From NCBI GenBank assembly GCA_019058275.1, contig JAHLVW010000057.1, forward strand, positions 1-63,040: a stretch of DNA of 63,040 nt, in the 5' to 3' direction. Below the pieces are notes generated by a model. It searched no databases and was not told where the DNA came from. It worked only from the letters and a program-made list of their open reading frames with translations. The position numbers were made by a program, and so were the translations under genes. Shown piece after piece: positions 47,261 to 57,509 of this stretch. Each line of letters opens with the position of its first letter. Position 1 is the first letter of the stretch. The stretch comes from Candidatus Heimdallarchaeota archaeon (GTDB lineage Archaea; Asgardarchaeota; Heimdallarchaeia; JABLTI01).

Positions 47261-48244
47261 TCAAATCTTTCTGACTTTTTTTCGATAAATTATGAAAGTA
47301 ATTATATTAACAACAATTAATGAGATTAGAAATGATAAACTGAAAACTGATGCTTCAAGGGTAGCAGGATGAGGTTCATCTTCATATAAACCTAATGTTG
47401 CAGTATGTTTCACAGTAAATGAATCAGCATAGTTTTGATACGAAAACCACAAATTTACATAATCATCATTGTAACCATCTGTTGTTTCATTAAAATAGGC
47501 ATTTCCAGATGGTAAGTCAAAGAGTAGATCAGTTCCATTATAATACTCAGCAGAAGTCATCCATCTAAAGAAAGCTTTCTCTGGATTGTATACAAAATCA
47601 TCACTGAAAATTTGAATGGATCTGACAGCATTTTCGTTTGTAGATACTGAGCCATTATTAAAAGAAATATTGGATTCTTTTTTTCGTTCACAAATTTCAG
47701 CCTTTAAAGCTAGCCCTTGAGCAAAATCTGAGAACTTCCAATTTTTAATTACAATTTCGATTTTTGCTTCAGAAAATGGTTGTATTATTAGATTAGTTCC
47801 AGGTAGATATGTACTGACAACATTTATGGAAACCAGAAATTGGATTATCACATTGTTAGCTAAACCAGCTAGTGTTAAGTTAACAATAACGGAATTTAAC
47901 AATTCGGTAATTTCTGTATCCCAAACACTCGTTTGTAAATCATAGTTAATACCATTTAATTCATCACTTGAATCGATGATATTATCCGATCCAAAGAATT
48001 CTTGTAGTGTTGTGAAACGAACACAGTATTCTTCAACTGCTGAGCTTTCATTACCTAGCCACCAGATAAAATCTGGTTTATATTCATTAATTATAAGAGT
48101 CATTTCTTCAGAAGTTAATGTTATTGCATCTAATCCCTCAGAAACATCTATGAAGAAATTTTCAACAGAGCTAGTGCTAAGAATAGGAGTAGTGAAGAAT
48201 AATACCAATGATGTAACTAAACTAATTTTTCGATTTAATTTCAT
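47261..48244 (-). CDS. Secreted membrane-anchored protein (copy 2)
   Basis: Colinear with 44810..45829 (EGLDAIT, KPDFIWW, QEFFG, GLANNV, IKNW). Confidence 0.7.
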   Translation of the reverse strand: MKLNRKISLVTSLVLFFTTPILSTSSVENFFIDVSEGLDAITLTSEEMTLIINEYKPDFIWWLGNESSAVEEYCVRFTTLQEFFGSDNIIDSSDELNGINYDLQTSVWDTEITELLNSVIVNLTLAGLANNVIIQFLVSINVVSTYLPGTNLIIQPFSEAKIEIVIKNWKFSDFAQGLALKAEICERKKESNISFNNGSVSTNENAVRSIQIFSDDFVYNPEKAFFRWMTSAEYYNGTDLLFDLPSGNAYFNETTDGYNDDYVNLWFSYQNYADSFTVKHTATLGLYEDEPHPATLEASVFSLSFLISLIVVNIITFIIYRKKVRKI

Positions 48245-48313
48245 TATTTATACTCAAACCTCAGTTATTTCTCAGAATAGTATTAAACACCAAATGATTT
48301 AAAGAATCTCTCT

Positions 48314-48333
48314 CAACAGTTTAGAAACTGTTG
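48314..48333. promoter_or_regulatory. Perfect palindrome CAACAGTTT-AG-AAACTGTTG upstream of copy-2 module
   Basis: 9-2-9 inverted repeat; related half-site CAACGGTT at 45942 upstream of copy 1. Confidence 0.55.
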
Positions 48334-48431
48334 TTCATACTACAAATGGAATATTTCTAAGAAAAATAACCTACAGATTTTTATACTGTCTTAAGAGTAT
48401 AAATGTAAGACTTTTTTGGAGTTGAATTATT

Positions 48432-48788
48432 ATGGAATGCAAAATAGCCCATATTGAAATCCCTGTAAAAGATGTAAATGAAGCAAAGAAATTTTATAAG
48501 ACTATTTTTAATTGGAAAGTACAAATCGACAGAGGTTTCACAGATTATGCGTACTTTACAACTGGTGATGAAGGTGTCGGAGGAGCTTTTACTAAATCAG
48601 ACAAGGTAGCAAAAGGGGAAATCATGCTATATATCCAAGTTGAAGATATACCAAAAACTTTTGAAAAGATAGTAAATAACAAAGGAAAAATTATACAAGA
48701 AAAAACCGAAATTGGTGGCAGCTTTGGATTCTATGCTATCTTTGAAGATAACTTTGGTAATATTCTTGGCTTATGGTCTAGTAAATAA
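48432..48788 (+). CDS. VOC/glyoxalase family protein
   Basis: AHIEIPVKD...FYKTIFNW...FEDNFGNILGLW. Confidence 0.9.
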   Translation: MECKIAHIEIPVKDVNEAKKFYKTIFNWKVQIDRGFTDYAYFTTGDEGVGGAFTKSDKVAKGEIMLYIQVEDIPKTFEKIVNNKGKIIQEKTEIGGSFGFYAIFEDNFGNILGLWSSK

Positions 48789-48837
48789 TTTCTTTGTAAA
48801 ATGGACCAAGAGTAATGCTTATTCAAAGCATTTACTC

Positions 48838-49167
48838 TTATATTTCAATATAAAGTTCGTTTCCTTTTTCAGATATTTTGTAAACTTTTGTGTTCTTAGC
48901 TTTCTTAAACCAACCAGCAAGTGTTCCAGGATGATTGAGAAGCACACCGCTTTCTAAATTAAAAACTGATCTGTGTAAAGGACATTGTATAGTTTTATCT
49001 TTGACCTTTCCTCTTGCCAAATTACCTTTTAAATGAGTACACTTCCGGTCTATTGCATAATAACTATCTTCAACACTAAAAACAGCAATATCCAGATTAT
49101 CAATTTTAAAGGTCTTTACGCCATCCGTTGGTATATCAGAAACTTGACATAATTTTTTCTTACTCAT
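48838..49167 (-). CDS. Rieske [2Fe-2S] ferredoxin
   Basis: CTH...CPLH. Confidence 0.9.
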   Translation of the reverse strand: MSKKKLCQVSDIPTDGVKTFKIDNLDIAVFSVEDSYYAIDRKCTHLKGNLARGKVKDKTIQCPLHRSVFNLESGVLLNHPGTLAGWFKKAKNTKVYKISEKGNELYIEI

Positions 49168-49351
49168 AAAGATCTTCTCATTAGCATTTAGCTGCTACAA
49201 TTTTTGATAAGTAAATATAAGGGTAATAGATATTTGATATAAGTGTTTAAAAATTTTATAGTTAAAAGGAAAGGTTTTTTCAAACAAAAATTATCAAAAG
49301 ACATAATAATTAACTCGATTAAGATTTCCTTAATCAAGTTTATACTGATGG

Positions 49352-50719
49352 ATGGTCAAAAATATGGCTGAGTATTTAGACACGCCCATTGATTACGGTG
49401 AAGATGAAATTAATGCTTTCATCCCAAAAACCGCAAATGCAAAATACCTCGAGATTAAAGGTGATTTTCCTGAAATAGTTAATATTAAGGATAAGCTCTT
49501 CGAGGTGTTGGATAAACCTATTGACAGCCCCCCTCTTGCAGAAGTAGTTAAGAAAAATTACTCTAAAGGAAAAGCTGTGATTATCTTAGTAGATGATAAT
49601 ACCAGACCAAATATACATACACGGATTTTATTGCCAATTCTCTTTCCAAAGATAATTGAATATGGTGTAGCTCCAGAAGACTTGAAGATTCTTGTTTCAT
49701 GCGGAACACATCGTCCACCAACAGAAGAAGAAGTTGAAAAGAAAATCTTAGGAACAGAAATTTGGAATAATTATAAAGATCATGTTTTAGTTCACAATTG
49801 TGATGAAGGAGTAAAACAGATGGGCACTTCAAGTAGAGGAACTCCAATTTATTTGAATAAAGATGCTTTAGGTTCATGTTTAATTATTGCATTGACTGAT
49901 TCTGAATACCATTATTTTGCTGGCGTTGCTGGAACAGTTAAATCATTCTTCCCTGGTATTGCTGGTCGTAAAACTATAAGTATGAATCATCCTAAAGCCT
50001 TCTCATTAGAGACTGGTTTTAAATCAGAGTGCAGATTAGGAAATACAGAAGGAAATCCTGTTATTCAAGACATGAAAGAAATGGTTCAAACTGTTATGAA
50101 AACAAAAGCAGTTTTTTGTATAGATGCTATTCTACATGAAAAGAAAATTGTAGAAATATATGCTGGAGATATCATTTCCCTTCATGAATTAGCTCGTGAC
50201 TCATTAAAACCCTTAAGAATCATTGAAGTTGATAAAGGTGCAGATTTAGTAATTGTTACTACTGGTGACCTTGGATTGAATCTTTATCAAGCTGGTAAGG
50301 GTGTACATGCTGCATGGAATGCTGCAAAGAAGGGAGGTAAAATACTTCTTTTGGCAAAAGCTCAAGATGGTGTTGGTAATAAAGCCTACCATGAAACAAT
50401 GCTAGCAATAAAAGAAATGAATTTGGATGACGCTCTTAAATGGGTAGTTGAGAACAAATGTAGTGAAGAAACATTCAGAATAGGCAATCAAAAACCAGTT
50501 GATTTATTGCGAATTCTAATGGATAATCAAATTGATATGATTACAGAAATGGACCATAAAGAGCTTAAAGAGACTTTCAAAATTAATCCTATAGAAATCA
50601 AAGATAACGTACAAGAAACATTGAGAGCTTATGTTGATGATTTTCTAAAAGTAAATCCAGAAGGCCAAATATATGTAATGGCTGATGCTGGTATCTATGT
50701 AAAACCGAAAGAGAATTAA
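49352..50719 (+). CDS. larA: Lactate racemase LarA family (nickel-pincer) protein
   Basis: DDNTRP, GTHR, HNC, GTSSRGTP, HYFAG, NLYQAGKG. Confidence 0.88.
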   Translation: MVKNMAEYLDTPIDYGEDEINAFIPKTANAKYLEIKGDFPEIVNIKDKLFEVLDKPIDSPPLAEVVKKNYSKGKAVIILVDDNTRPNIHTRILLPILFPKIIEYGVAPEDLKILVSCGTHRPPTEEEVEKKILGTEIWNNYKDHVLVHNCDEGVKQMGTSSRGTPIYLNKDALGSCLIIALTDSEYHYFAGVAGTVKSFFPGIAGRKTISMNHPKAFSLETGFKSECRLGNTEGNPVIQDMKEMVQTVMKTKAVFCIDAILHEKKIVEIYAGDIISLHELARDSLKPLRIIEVDKGADLVIVTTGDLGLNLYQAGKGVHAAWNAAKKGGKILLLAKAQDGVGNKAYHETMLAIKEMNLDDALKWVVENKCSEETFRIGNQKPVDLLRILMDNQIDMITEMDHKELKETFKINPIEIKDNVQETLRAYVDDFLKVNPEGQIYVMADAGIYVKPKEN

Positions 50720-50852
50720 TCTCTTTCATTTTTCTTATTTTTTCTCTTTTCTTACTAGTTTTCACATTTAACTATTTGATAAAAAACATTTAAAACTCAT
50801 TATCTCTTGTGGAAACATAACCACTAGAATAATCTTAGGCGGTTAAACCTAT

Positions 50853-51113
50853 ATGCCATCACAATTCTTAGCTGAAATAATTATCGAAGGGAAAAAGAAT
50901 GCCCGAGACCCAGAAGGTGAAACGATTATGCGTGATTTAATGATTAAACACGGATATGGAATGGTTTCTTCTGTTCGAAGTGGGAAAATTTTGAAAGTCA
51001 CTTTAGAAGCAAAGGATGAAAAAGAAGCAGAAGAAATTTGTTGGAAAATGGTCAACGAATTACGAATTTACAATCCTGTTGCTCATGTATGCACAATACA
51101 AATTGTGAAATAA
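50853..51113 (+). CDS. purS: FGAM synthase subunit PurS
   Basis: DPEGETI, VRSGK, NPV. Confidence 0.93.
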   Translation: MPSQFLAEIIIEGKKNARDPEGETIMRDLMIKHGYGMVSSVRSGKILKVTLEAKDEKEAEEICWKMVNELRIYNPVAHVCTIQIVK

Positions 51114-51140
51114 GTAAATTCTGAAAAATGGTGAAAATCA

Positions 51141-51857
51141 ATGCCAATGCGAGTAATAGTTATCCAATTTTCAGGATCAACATGTGATCGCGATCTAGTT
51201 TCTGCCATGAAAGATGTCATGGGTTGGGAAGTGGATCTCGTCTGGTATAATGATGCTTTGAAACATCTGGAAGGTTATGATGCTATTTTCTTACCTGGTG
51301 GATTTACTTATGGTGATCATCTACGAGCAGGGATTATCGCTGCCTATACGCCTGTTATGAAGAAAGTTAAAGATTTAGCTAATGAAGGATTACCAGTTCT
51401 TGGTATCTGCAATGGTTTCCAAATACTGGTTGAATCTGGTTTGCTACCAGGTGCTTTGATTAGTAATGATACTCTTAGATTTAGCTGTAAATGGACGAAT
51501 CTTCGTATTGAGACAACTAGGAGCGCAGCTACTAATATAGTCAATAAAGGAGATATTTGGAGAGTTCCAATTGCTCACGGAGAAGGCAGATATTTTCTAG
51601 ATGAAAAAGGTCTCAAAGAATTAAATGAAAATGACCAAGTTGTTTGGCGTTATGTTAATGATAATGGAGAAATAACAAAAGAAGCAAATCCTAATGGGTC
51701 AATTGAAAATATTGCAGGAGTTTGTAACCTAGAAGGAAATGTTGTTGGCCTCATGCCTCATCCAGAAAGAGCAACAGAAGCAATTATCAGTCTTTGGGGT
51801 TCAGAACATGGTAAATTCTACTTCCAATCACTTGAGAACTACTATGGGGGACGTTAA
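51141..51857 (+). CDS. purQ: FGAM synthase glutaminase subunit
   Basis: PGGFTYGD, GICNGFQIL, AHGEGRY, MPHPER. Confidence 0.96.
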   Translation: MPMRVIVIQFSGSTCDRDLVSAMKDVMGWEVDLVWYNDALKHLEGYDAIFLPGGFTYGDHLRAGIIAAYTPVMKKVKDLANEGLPVLGICNGFQILVESGLLPGALISNDTLRFSCKWTNLRIETTRSAATNIVNKGDIWRVPIAHGEGRYFLDEKGLKELNENDQVVWRYVNDNGEITKEANPNGSIENIAGVCNLEGNVVGLMPHPERATEAIISLWGSEHGKFYFQSLENYYGGR

Positions 51858-51859
51858 AC

Positions 51860-54103
51860 ATGACAGAAAAGACAATTTCAAAGGATAAGATAAATCTCAC
51901 CAAAGAAGAAAAAGAAGCAGTTTATAAGATTATTAAGAGAGATTTAACAATACCAGAAGCAGCAATGCTTGAGGTTATGAATTCAGAGCATTGTAGCTAT
52001 AAAAGTTCTAGACCAGTTTTGCATAAACTACCAACTAAAGGACCTAGAGTTATTTGTGGTCCTGGCGAAGATGCAGGTGTAGTTGATATTGGTGACAGTT
52101 TAGCATTAGTGTTCAAATTAGAGTCTCACAATCACCCATCCGCTCTTGATCCTTTCAATGGTGCAGCAACTGGTATAGGTGGAATAATTCGAGATATTCT
52201 TTGTATGGGAGCTCGACCAATAGGTTTACTTGACAGCTTTAGATTAGGTGATCTTTCCAATCCTCATACTAAATGGTTATTGAAATGGGTTACAAAGGGA
52301 GTTGGCGATTATGGTAACTGCGTGGGTATAGCGAATGCTGGTGGTGATATAGAATTCGATCCATCATTCCAAATAAATTGCCTAATTAATGTTGGTTGTT
52401 TTGGTGTGATGCGAAAGGATGATCTTGCTCTAAGCAGAGCTACTACACCAGGCAATAAACTAATTCTTCTTGGTGGTTCTACAGGTAGGGATGGTATTGG
52501 TGGAGCTTCGTTCGCTTCCAAAAATATTACAGAAGGATCTGAAAGCGATAGAGGAGCAGTACAAATTGGCGATCCTTATATGAAGAAGTTAATCATAGAA
52601 GCAACCCTTGAAGCTATTAAGGCTGGCGTAGTTGATGGATTAAAGGATCTTGGAGCTGCTGGTGTAACTTGTTCAATATCCGAAACCGCTGATGCTGGTG
52701 GAACTGGCACAGAGATAAAATTGGAAAACATTAGACTTCGTGAAAGCGATATGGAGTCATGGGAGATTTTAGTGAGCGAATCCCAAGAAAGGATGTTCTT
52801 TGTTGTTAAACCTGAAAATGTAAAGAAAATTAGTGAAATTTTCGATAAATATGAACTACCTTATGAAATTCTTGGAGAAGTAACAGATACTGGTAAATGT
52901 GTTGTTAAATACCATGATCAAATTATAGTTGATTTACCAGCTCATTTGTTAACGAAACCTCCAGCAGCTGATCGAAAAGCCAGTTATCCTAAATACATCA
53001 ATAAGTTGAATCGTAAATGGTTGCCAAAAGAACCAAAGACCAATGAATTAAATGATATCTGTCAAAAAATAATGGCAAGTGATAACATAATCAGTAGAGA
53101 ATGGATTTTTAGGCAATATGATACAGAGGTAGGATTACACTCCACAGTAAAATCTGGATCAGGCGATGCGGGAGTATTCAGATTAACAGAGTTTGATTCA
53201 AAGAAAGGAGTTGCTGTTACATTTGATGGTAATTCCCATCAATGCTATCTTGATCCATATTATGGTGGAGCTGGAGTCATGATGGAAGCTTGTAGTAATG
53301 TTGCAGCTGTTGGTGCTGAACCAATTGCTATGACTGATTGCTTAAATTTTGGCAATCCAGAACATCCACAAGTTTTCTGGACATTTGAAAAAGTTGTGGA
53401 AGGATTAGCTGACGCATCTAAGGCTTTAGGTATTCCTTGTGTTGGTGGAAATGTTAGTTTCTATAACCACGATGAAGTTAATGATGTAGCAGTAAAACCA
53501 TCTCCAGTGATATTCGTTGCTGGATTATTAGATGATGTTACCAAAGCAGTAAATTATAGTTTTAAAGCTCCTGAAGAATTTATCCTCTTAGTTGGTGAAA
53601 TAAAAGCTGAAATTGGTGGATCTGAATATACAAAAGTAATTCATAATTCAAATGATGGACAAGTTCCAAAGGTAGATTTTGCTAATGCTAAAACTGTCAT
53701 ATCCAAAGTTGTTAATGCTGTAAAATCTGGTCATGTTACTGCATGTCATGATATTTCAAAAGGTGGATTATTTGTCGCCTTAACTGAAATGGCTATGAAT
53801 GGTGATTTAGGATATAAAATTAGCTTAAAACGTGTTCCATCTGAAACTGAAAGAATTGATTTTAAGTTATTCTCTGAATCCTATGGTCGTTTCTTAATAA
53901 CTGCAAAAGCTGAGGATGTTGAAAAAATAATAGCTAATTTTGCAGAAGAGGAAATACCAGCTACATATATCGGAAAAGTGACTAAGGAAAAGAAGATACA
54001 GATAGAAAACTCAGTCAACGAGATAATTATCAATTTACCACTTGATGAGATAAAACAAACTTGGAAAATGAGAATGGAAGAAGAGATGGAAGGTAAAAAA
54101 TAA
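51860..54103 (+). CDS. purL: FGAM synthase subunit PurL
   Basis: SEHCSYKSS, ESHNHPS, DLGAAG, SESQERM, GGNVSFYN. Confidence 0.97.
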   Translation: MTEKTISKDKINLTKEEKEAVYKIIKRDLTIPEAAMLEVMNSEHCSYKSSRPVLHKLPTKGPRVICGPGEDAGVVDIGDSLALVFKLESHNHPSALDPFNGAATGIGGIIRDILCMGARPIGLLDSFRLGDLSNPHTKWLLKWVTKGVGDYGNCVGIANAGGDIEFDPSFQINCLINVGCFGVMRKDDLALSRATTPGNKLILLGGSTGRDGIGGASFASKNITEGSESDRGAVQIGDPYMKKLIIEATLEAIKAGVVDGLKDLGAAGVTCSISETADAGGTGTEIKLENIRLRESDMESWEILVSESQERMFFVVKPENVKKISEIFDKYELPYEILGEVTDTGKCVVKYHDQIIVDLPAHLLTKPPAADRKASYPKYINKLNRKWLPKEPKTNELNDICQKIMASDNIISREWIFRQYDTEVGLHSTVKSGSGDAGVFRLTEFDSKKGVAVTFDGNSHQCYLDPYYGGAGVMMEACSNVAAVGAEPIAMTDCLNFGNPEHPQVFWTFEKVVEGLADASKALGIPCVGGNVSFYNHDEVNDVAVKPSPVIFVAGLLDDVTKAVNYSFKAPEEFILLVGEIKAEIGGSEYTKVIHNSNDGQVPKVDFANAKTVISKVVNAVKSGHVTACHDISKGGLFVALTEMAMNGDLGYKISLKRVPSETERIDFKLFSESYGRFLITAKAEDVEKIIANFAEEEIPATYIGKVTKEKKIQIENSVNEIIINLPLDEIKQTWKMRMEEEMEGKK

Positions 54104-54140
54104 TTCATCTCAATTTAACTATTTCACAGAAATACTCGTT

Positions 54141-54521
54141 TTATCTTTTTCTTTCTTTTCTTTTATAACTTAAACCAGATGGATCATAGCCTATCCAAAT
54201 CCGATTTGAGCTATCTTTTCCAGCTATTGAGCCAGTATACATTTCTCTTTCAATCTTTATCTTTTTAATGCGTTTAATAACTTCATTAAATTCTGCTTTA
54301 GTTATGTTAAACCATACATAAATTCCTTCAATTTTAATTACTTTCTTAGCATCTATTGGTACAACTAATTTCTTTTGAAAACGCTTTTGAACAACAATCA
54401 TTACATATGGAATATTTTTTTTAATGGTTTTTCCAGGCAGCATATCAATTCGAATAATTTTCCCTAATTTCATGTTTTCCTTATCTACAGCAATTTTTGA
54501 CACTAATTTCCTAATATCCAA
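54141..54521 (-). CDS. PRC-barrel-like basic protein (paralog of 18872..19246), antisense within pur cluster
   Basis: KIAVDKENMKLGKIIRID...GKTIKK...VVPID.KKVI. Confidence 0.6.
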   Translation of the reverse strand: MDIRKLVSKIAVDKENMKLGKIIRIDMLPGKTIKKNIPYVMIVVQKRFQKKLVVPIDAKKVIKIEGIYVWFNITKAEFNEVIKRIKKIKIEREMYTGSIAGKDSSNRIWIGYDPSGLSYKRKERKR

Positions 54522-54656
54522 ATTCTTTAATTCCTAATTACTTGTATAATATATTGACTTTCAAAAATATAAAGCTTACAACTATTATTTTCCTTTTGAT
54601 AGTGCATCTAAAAATTTTAAAAGCAATGCTTTCATAACTCGCATGAGGATACTTGT

Positions 54657-56087
54657 TTGTCTGTTAAGGATCATTGTGGTATTATCGGAATCCGAACTAC
54701 TAAACGCATTCATGATTTGGGTTTCTTAATTTATCAAGGATTGTTAGCTCTACAACATAGAGGACAATCCAGTGCTGGTATAACTGTAATCAATAAGAAG
54801 AACATGAAAACAATTTCTGATTTAGGTTATGTAAAAGATATTTTTGACAAAAATACATTAGCTTCCCTAAAAGGGAAATTTGGTATAGGTCATGTGCGTT
54901 ATCCAACTGCAGGATCAGATCTTAGCGTAGGTATCCAACCATTTGTTTTACAAACAAGACAGAATAAGATAGCAATTGCTTTTAATGGTACAATTGCTAA
55001 TTTCGTGGCTGTTAGAGATTTTCTAATGGAACAAGGTTACCGTTTTAGCCACGATACTGATACAGAGGTTATTGGTAAATTATTAGATTACAGCCTTGAA
55101 GAAGAAAACTATGATATGATTAAAGCCTTCCAGAAAATGGTTCAGTATTTAGATGGTGCCTATTCTGTATTAATAGCAACTAATAAGGGAGATATAGTTG
55201 CGTTTAGAGATCCTCTAGGATTCAAGCCCTTATGTTATGGAAAAACAAAAGATGGAGATTTAGTTATTGCTTCTGAATCAATTGGTCTATCCATAGTTGG
55301 TGCTAAATTTGAAGCGGATGTTAAACCTGGTGAGATGGTTATAGTAACTGAAAAGGGTGTTAAGAAGAAGCGATTAGTAAAAGAAGAGAAAGTAGCACAT
55401 TGTATGTTTGAGTGGGTATATTTCGCAAGACCAGATGCAGTCATGGATGGTATTTCAGCCTATGAAGCAAGAGAAGCAATCGGTCGTGGTTTAGGTAAAT
55501 TGTTTAAAGAGCAAGGATATAAAGCAGATCTTGTTGTTCCAATTCCGGATTCAGGACGAATTGCTGGTATTGGTTTTTCGAAAGAAACAGATATTGAATA
55601 CTCAGAAGCTTTGATCAGAAATAGGTATGTTGGTCGGACATTTATTATGCCTCGACAAACTGCTCGAGAAGAAGCTGTTAAATTGAAGCTTAATGTTATG
55701 TCTAATCTAGTTAAAGGCAAGAAAGTTGTTCTAGTAGATGATTCCATTGTTAGAGGAACTACCTCAAAGGGTATCATTAAAATGATAAGAGATGCGGGTG
55801 CAACACACGTCTATTTTGCAGTAAGCTGTCCTAAACTTATCAATCCTTGTTTCATGGGCACTGATTTCCCAACTGAAAGAGAGCTAATTGCTTGTGGAAG
55901 AAATGATGAAGAAATCGCTGAGAAAATAGGTGTTAACGCAGTAATATACAATACTGTTCCTTTACTTGTTAATGCAATTGGTTTTGATGAATGGCCAGAA
56001 AACAACAATCTATGTTTAGCTTGTCTAACAGGTAAATATCCAATAAAAACAACTCCATTATTAGCATTATGTGAAAGAGAGAGTTAG
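54657..56087 (+). CDS. purF: Amidophosphoribosyltransferase
   Basis: Propeptide then CGIIG, LQHRGQ, GHVRYPT, VDDSIVRGTT, CLACLTGKYP. Confidence 0.97.
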   Translation: MSVKDHCGIIGIRTTKRIHDLGFLIYQGLLALQHRGQSSAGITVINKKNMKTISDLGYVKDIFDKNTLASLKGKFGIGHVRYPTAGSDLSVGIQPFVLQTRQNKIAIAFNGTIANFVAVRDFLMEQGYRFSHDTDTEVIGKLLDYSLEEENYDMIKAFQKMVQYLDGAYSVLIATNKGDIVAFRDPLGFKPLCYGKTKDGDLVIASESIGLSIVGAKFEADVKPGEMVIVTEKGVKKKRLVKEEKVAHCMFEWVYFARPDAVMDGISAYEAREAIGRGLGKLFKEQGYKADLVVPIPDSGRIAGIGFSKETDIEYSEALIRNRYVGRTFIMPRQTAREEAVKLKLNVMSNLVKGKKVVLVDDSIVRGTTSKGIIKMIRDAGATHVYFAVSCPKLINPCFMGTDFPTERELIACGRNDEEIAEKIGVNAVIYNTVPLLVNAIGFDEWPENNNLCLACLTGKYPIKTTPLLALCERES

Positions 56088-56174
56088 CTAAAATTGTTTC
56101 TATATTGATTAAATCCATCAGCAAAATTCTTATTTCAATTCATATTCATTTGAAATATACATTGGTGAAAGAAA

Positions 56175-57509
56175 ATGGCAAAGGATAGAATGTTGTTAGT
56201 AGGACAAGGTGCAAGAGAGCATGCAATTGCTAAAGCATTAAAGAAAAGTGATATTGAACTATTTGCTTTTATGAAAGCAAAAAATCCAGGTATTGCTCAA
56301 TTATCTGCTGAGATTAAGATTGCTAAATTAGATGATTATGATGCATTATTTGCTTTCATTAAGGATGTAAAACCTGATATTGCAGTTATCGGACCAGAGA
56401 ATCCTCTAGCAGATGGGATAGTTGATTTCTTATTAGAAAAAGGAGTTAGTGTAATTGGTCCAACAAGATTAGCAGCAAAAATTGAATCATCAAAAAGTTT
56501 CACTCGAGATTTACTAACAAAATATGGTATCCCTGGACAACCAGATTACAAATTTTTTGCTCCAGATACAATCATGGTAGAAATCTCCGAATATGTCGCT
56601 AAATTAGGAAAAGTAGCAGTGAAAAGAGATGGTCTAGCAGGAGGAAAAGGAGTAAAACTGATGGGTGAACATTTGCAGGATGTTGAAGAAGTTTTAGATT
56701 TTTGTCAAGAAATTTTCGCCAAGGGAGAAGCTGCAGTATTGGAAGAATTGCTTGAAGGTGAAGAATTCTCATTACAGTGTTTTGTTTCAGGTGAAGATAT
56801 GTTTCCAACACCAATTGTTCAAGATCACAAGAGAGCATATGACGGTGATAAGGGACCTAATACTGGTGGGATGGGTTCGTATAGTGCTGAAGATCACTTG
56901 CTACCATTTATTTCAGCAGAAATAGTTGAAGAAGCAAAGGACATTATTAAGCAAACTGCAAAAGCAATCAAACAAGAAACTGGTAGACATTATTGCGGTA
57001 TTCTTTACGGTGGTTTTATGTTAACACCAAACGGTTTGAAACTTCTAGAATACAATGCTCGTTTTGGCGATCCTGAAGCTATGAATGTCTTGCCATTGTT
57101 GGAAACTCCTTTAGTAGATATTTTCAAGGCAATGATTAAGAATGAACTAAGTAAAATTGATATTAAATTTACAAACAAAGCGACAGTTTGTAAGTATCTC
57201 GTACCTGAAGGTTATCCAGTTTCACCAAAGAAAGAAGAGCCAATTGAAGTTAACGATAAGGAAATTATCAATGAAGGTGCTGATTTGTTTTACTCTTCAG
57301 TAAGTGAAATAGAACCAGGTAAAATAATTACAACAACATCTCGAGCGATCGCTATTGTAGGTATTGCTGAGAATTTAGCAAAAGCTGAAGAAATAGCTGA
57401 AAGAGCTACAAGTTTTGTTAAGGGACCATTATTCCATCGTAAAGATGTTGGAACAAAAGAACTGATACAAAGAAGAATTGATCATCTTAAAGAGTTGAAA
57501 GTATTGTGA
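56175..57509 (+). CDS. purD: Phosphoribosylamine-glycine ligase
   Basis: GAREHA, GPENPL, GLAGGKGV, QDHKR, GPNTGGMG, EYNARFGDPE. Confidence 0.97.
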   Translation: MAKDRMLLVGQGAREHAIAKALKKSDIELFAFMKAKNPGIAQLSAEIKIAKLDDYDALFAFIKDVKPDIAVIGPENPLADGIVDFLLEKGVSVIGPTRLAAKIESSKSFTRDLLTKYGIPGQPDYKFFAPDTIMVEISEYVAKLGKVAVKRDGLAGGKGVKLMGEHLQDVEEVLDFCQEIFAKGEAAVLEELLEGEEFSLQCFVSGEDMFPTPIVQDHKRAYDGDKGPNTGGMGSYSAEDHLLPFISAEIVEEAKDIIKQTAKAIKQETGRHYCGILYGGFMLTPNGLKLLEYNARFGDPEAMNVLPLLETPLVDIFKAMIKNELSKIDIKFTNKATVCKYLVPEGYPVSPKKEEPIEVNDKEIINEGADLFYSSVSEIEPGKIITTTSRAIAIVGIAENLAKAEEIAERATSFVKGPLFHRKDVGTKELIQRRIDHLKELKVL

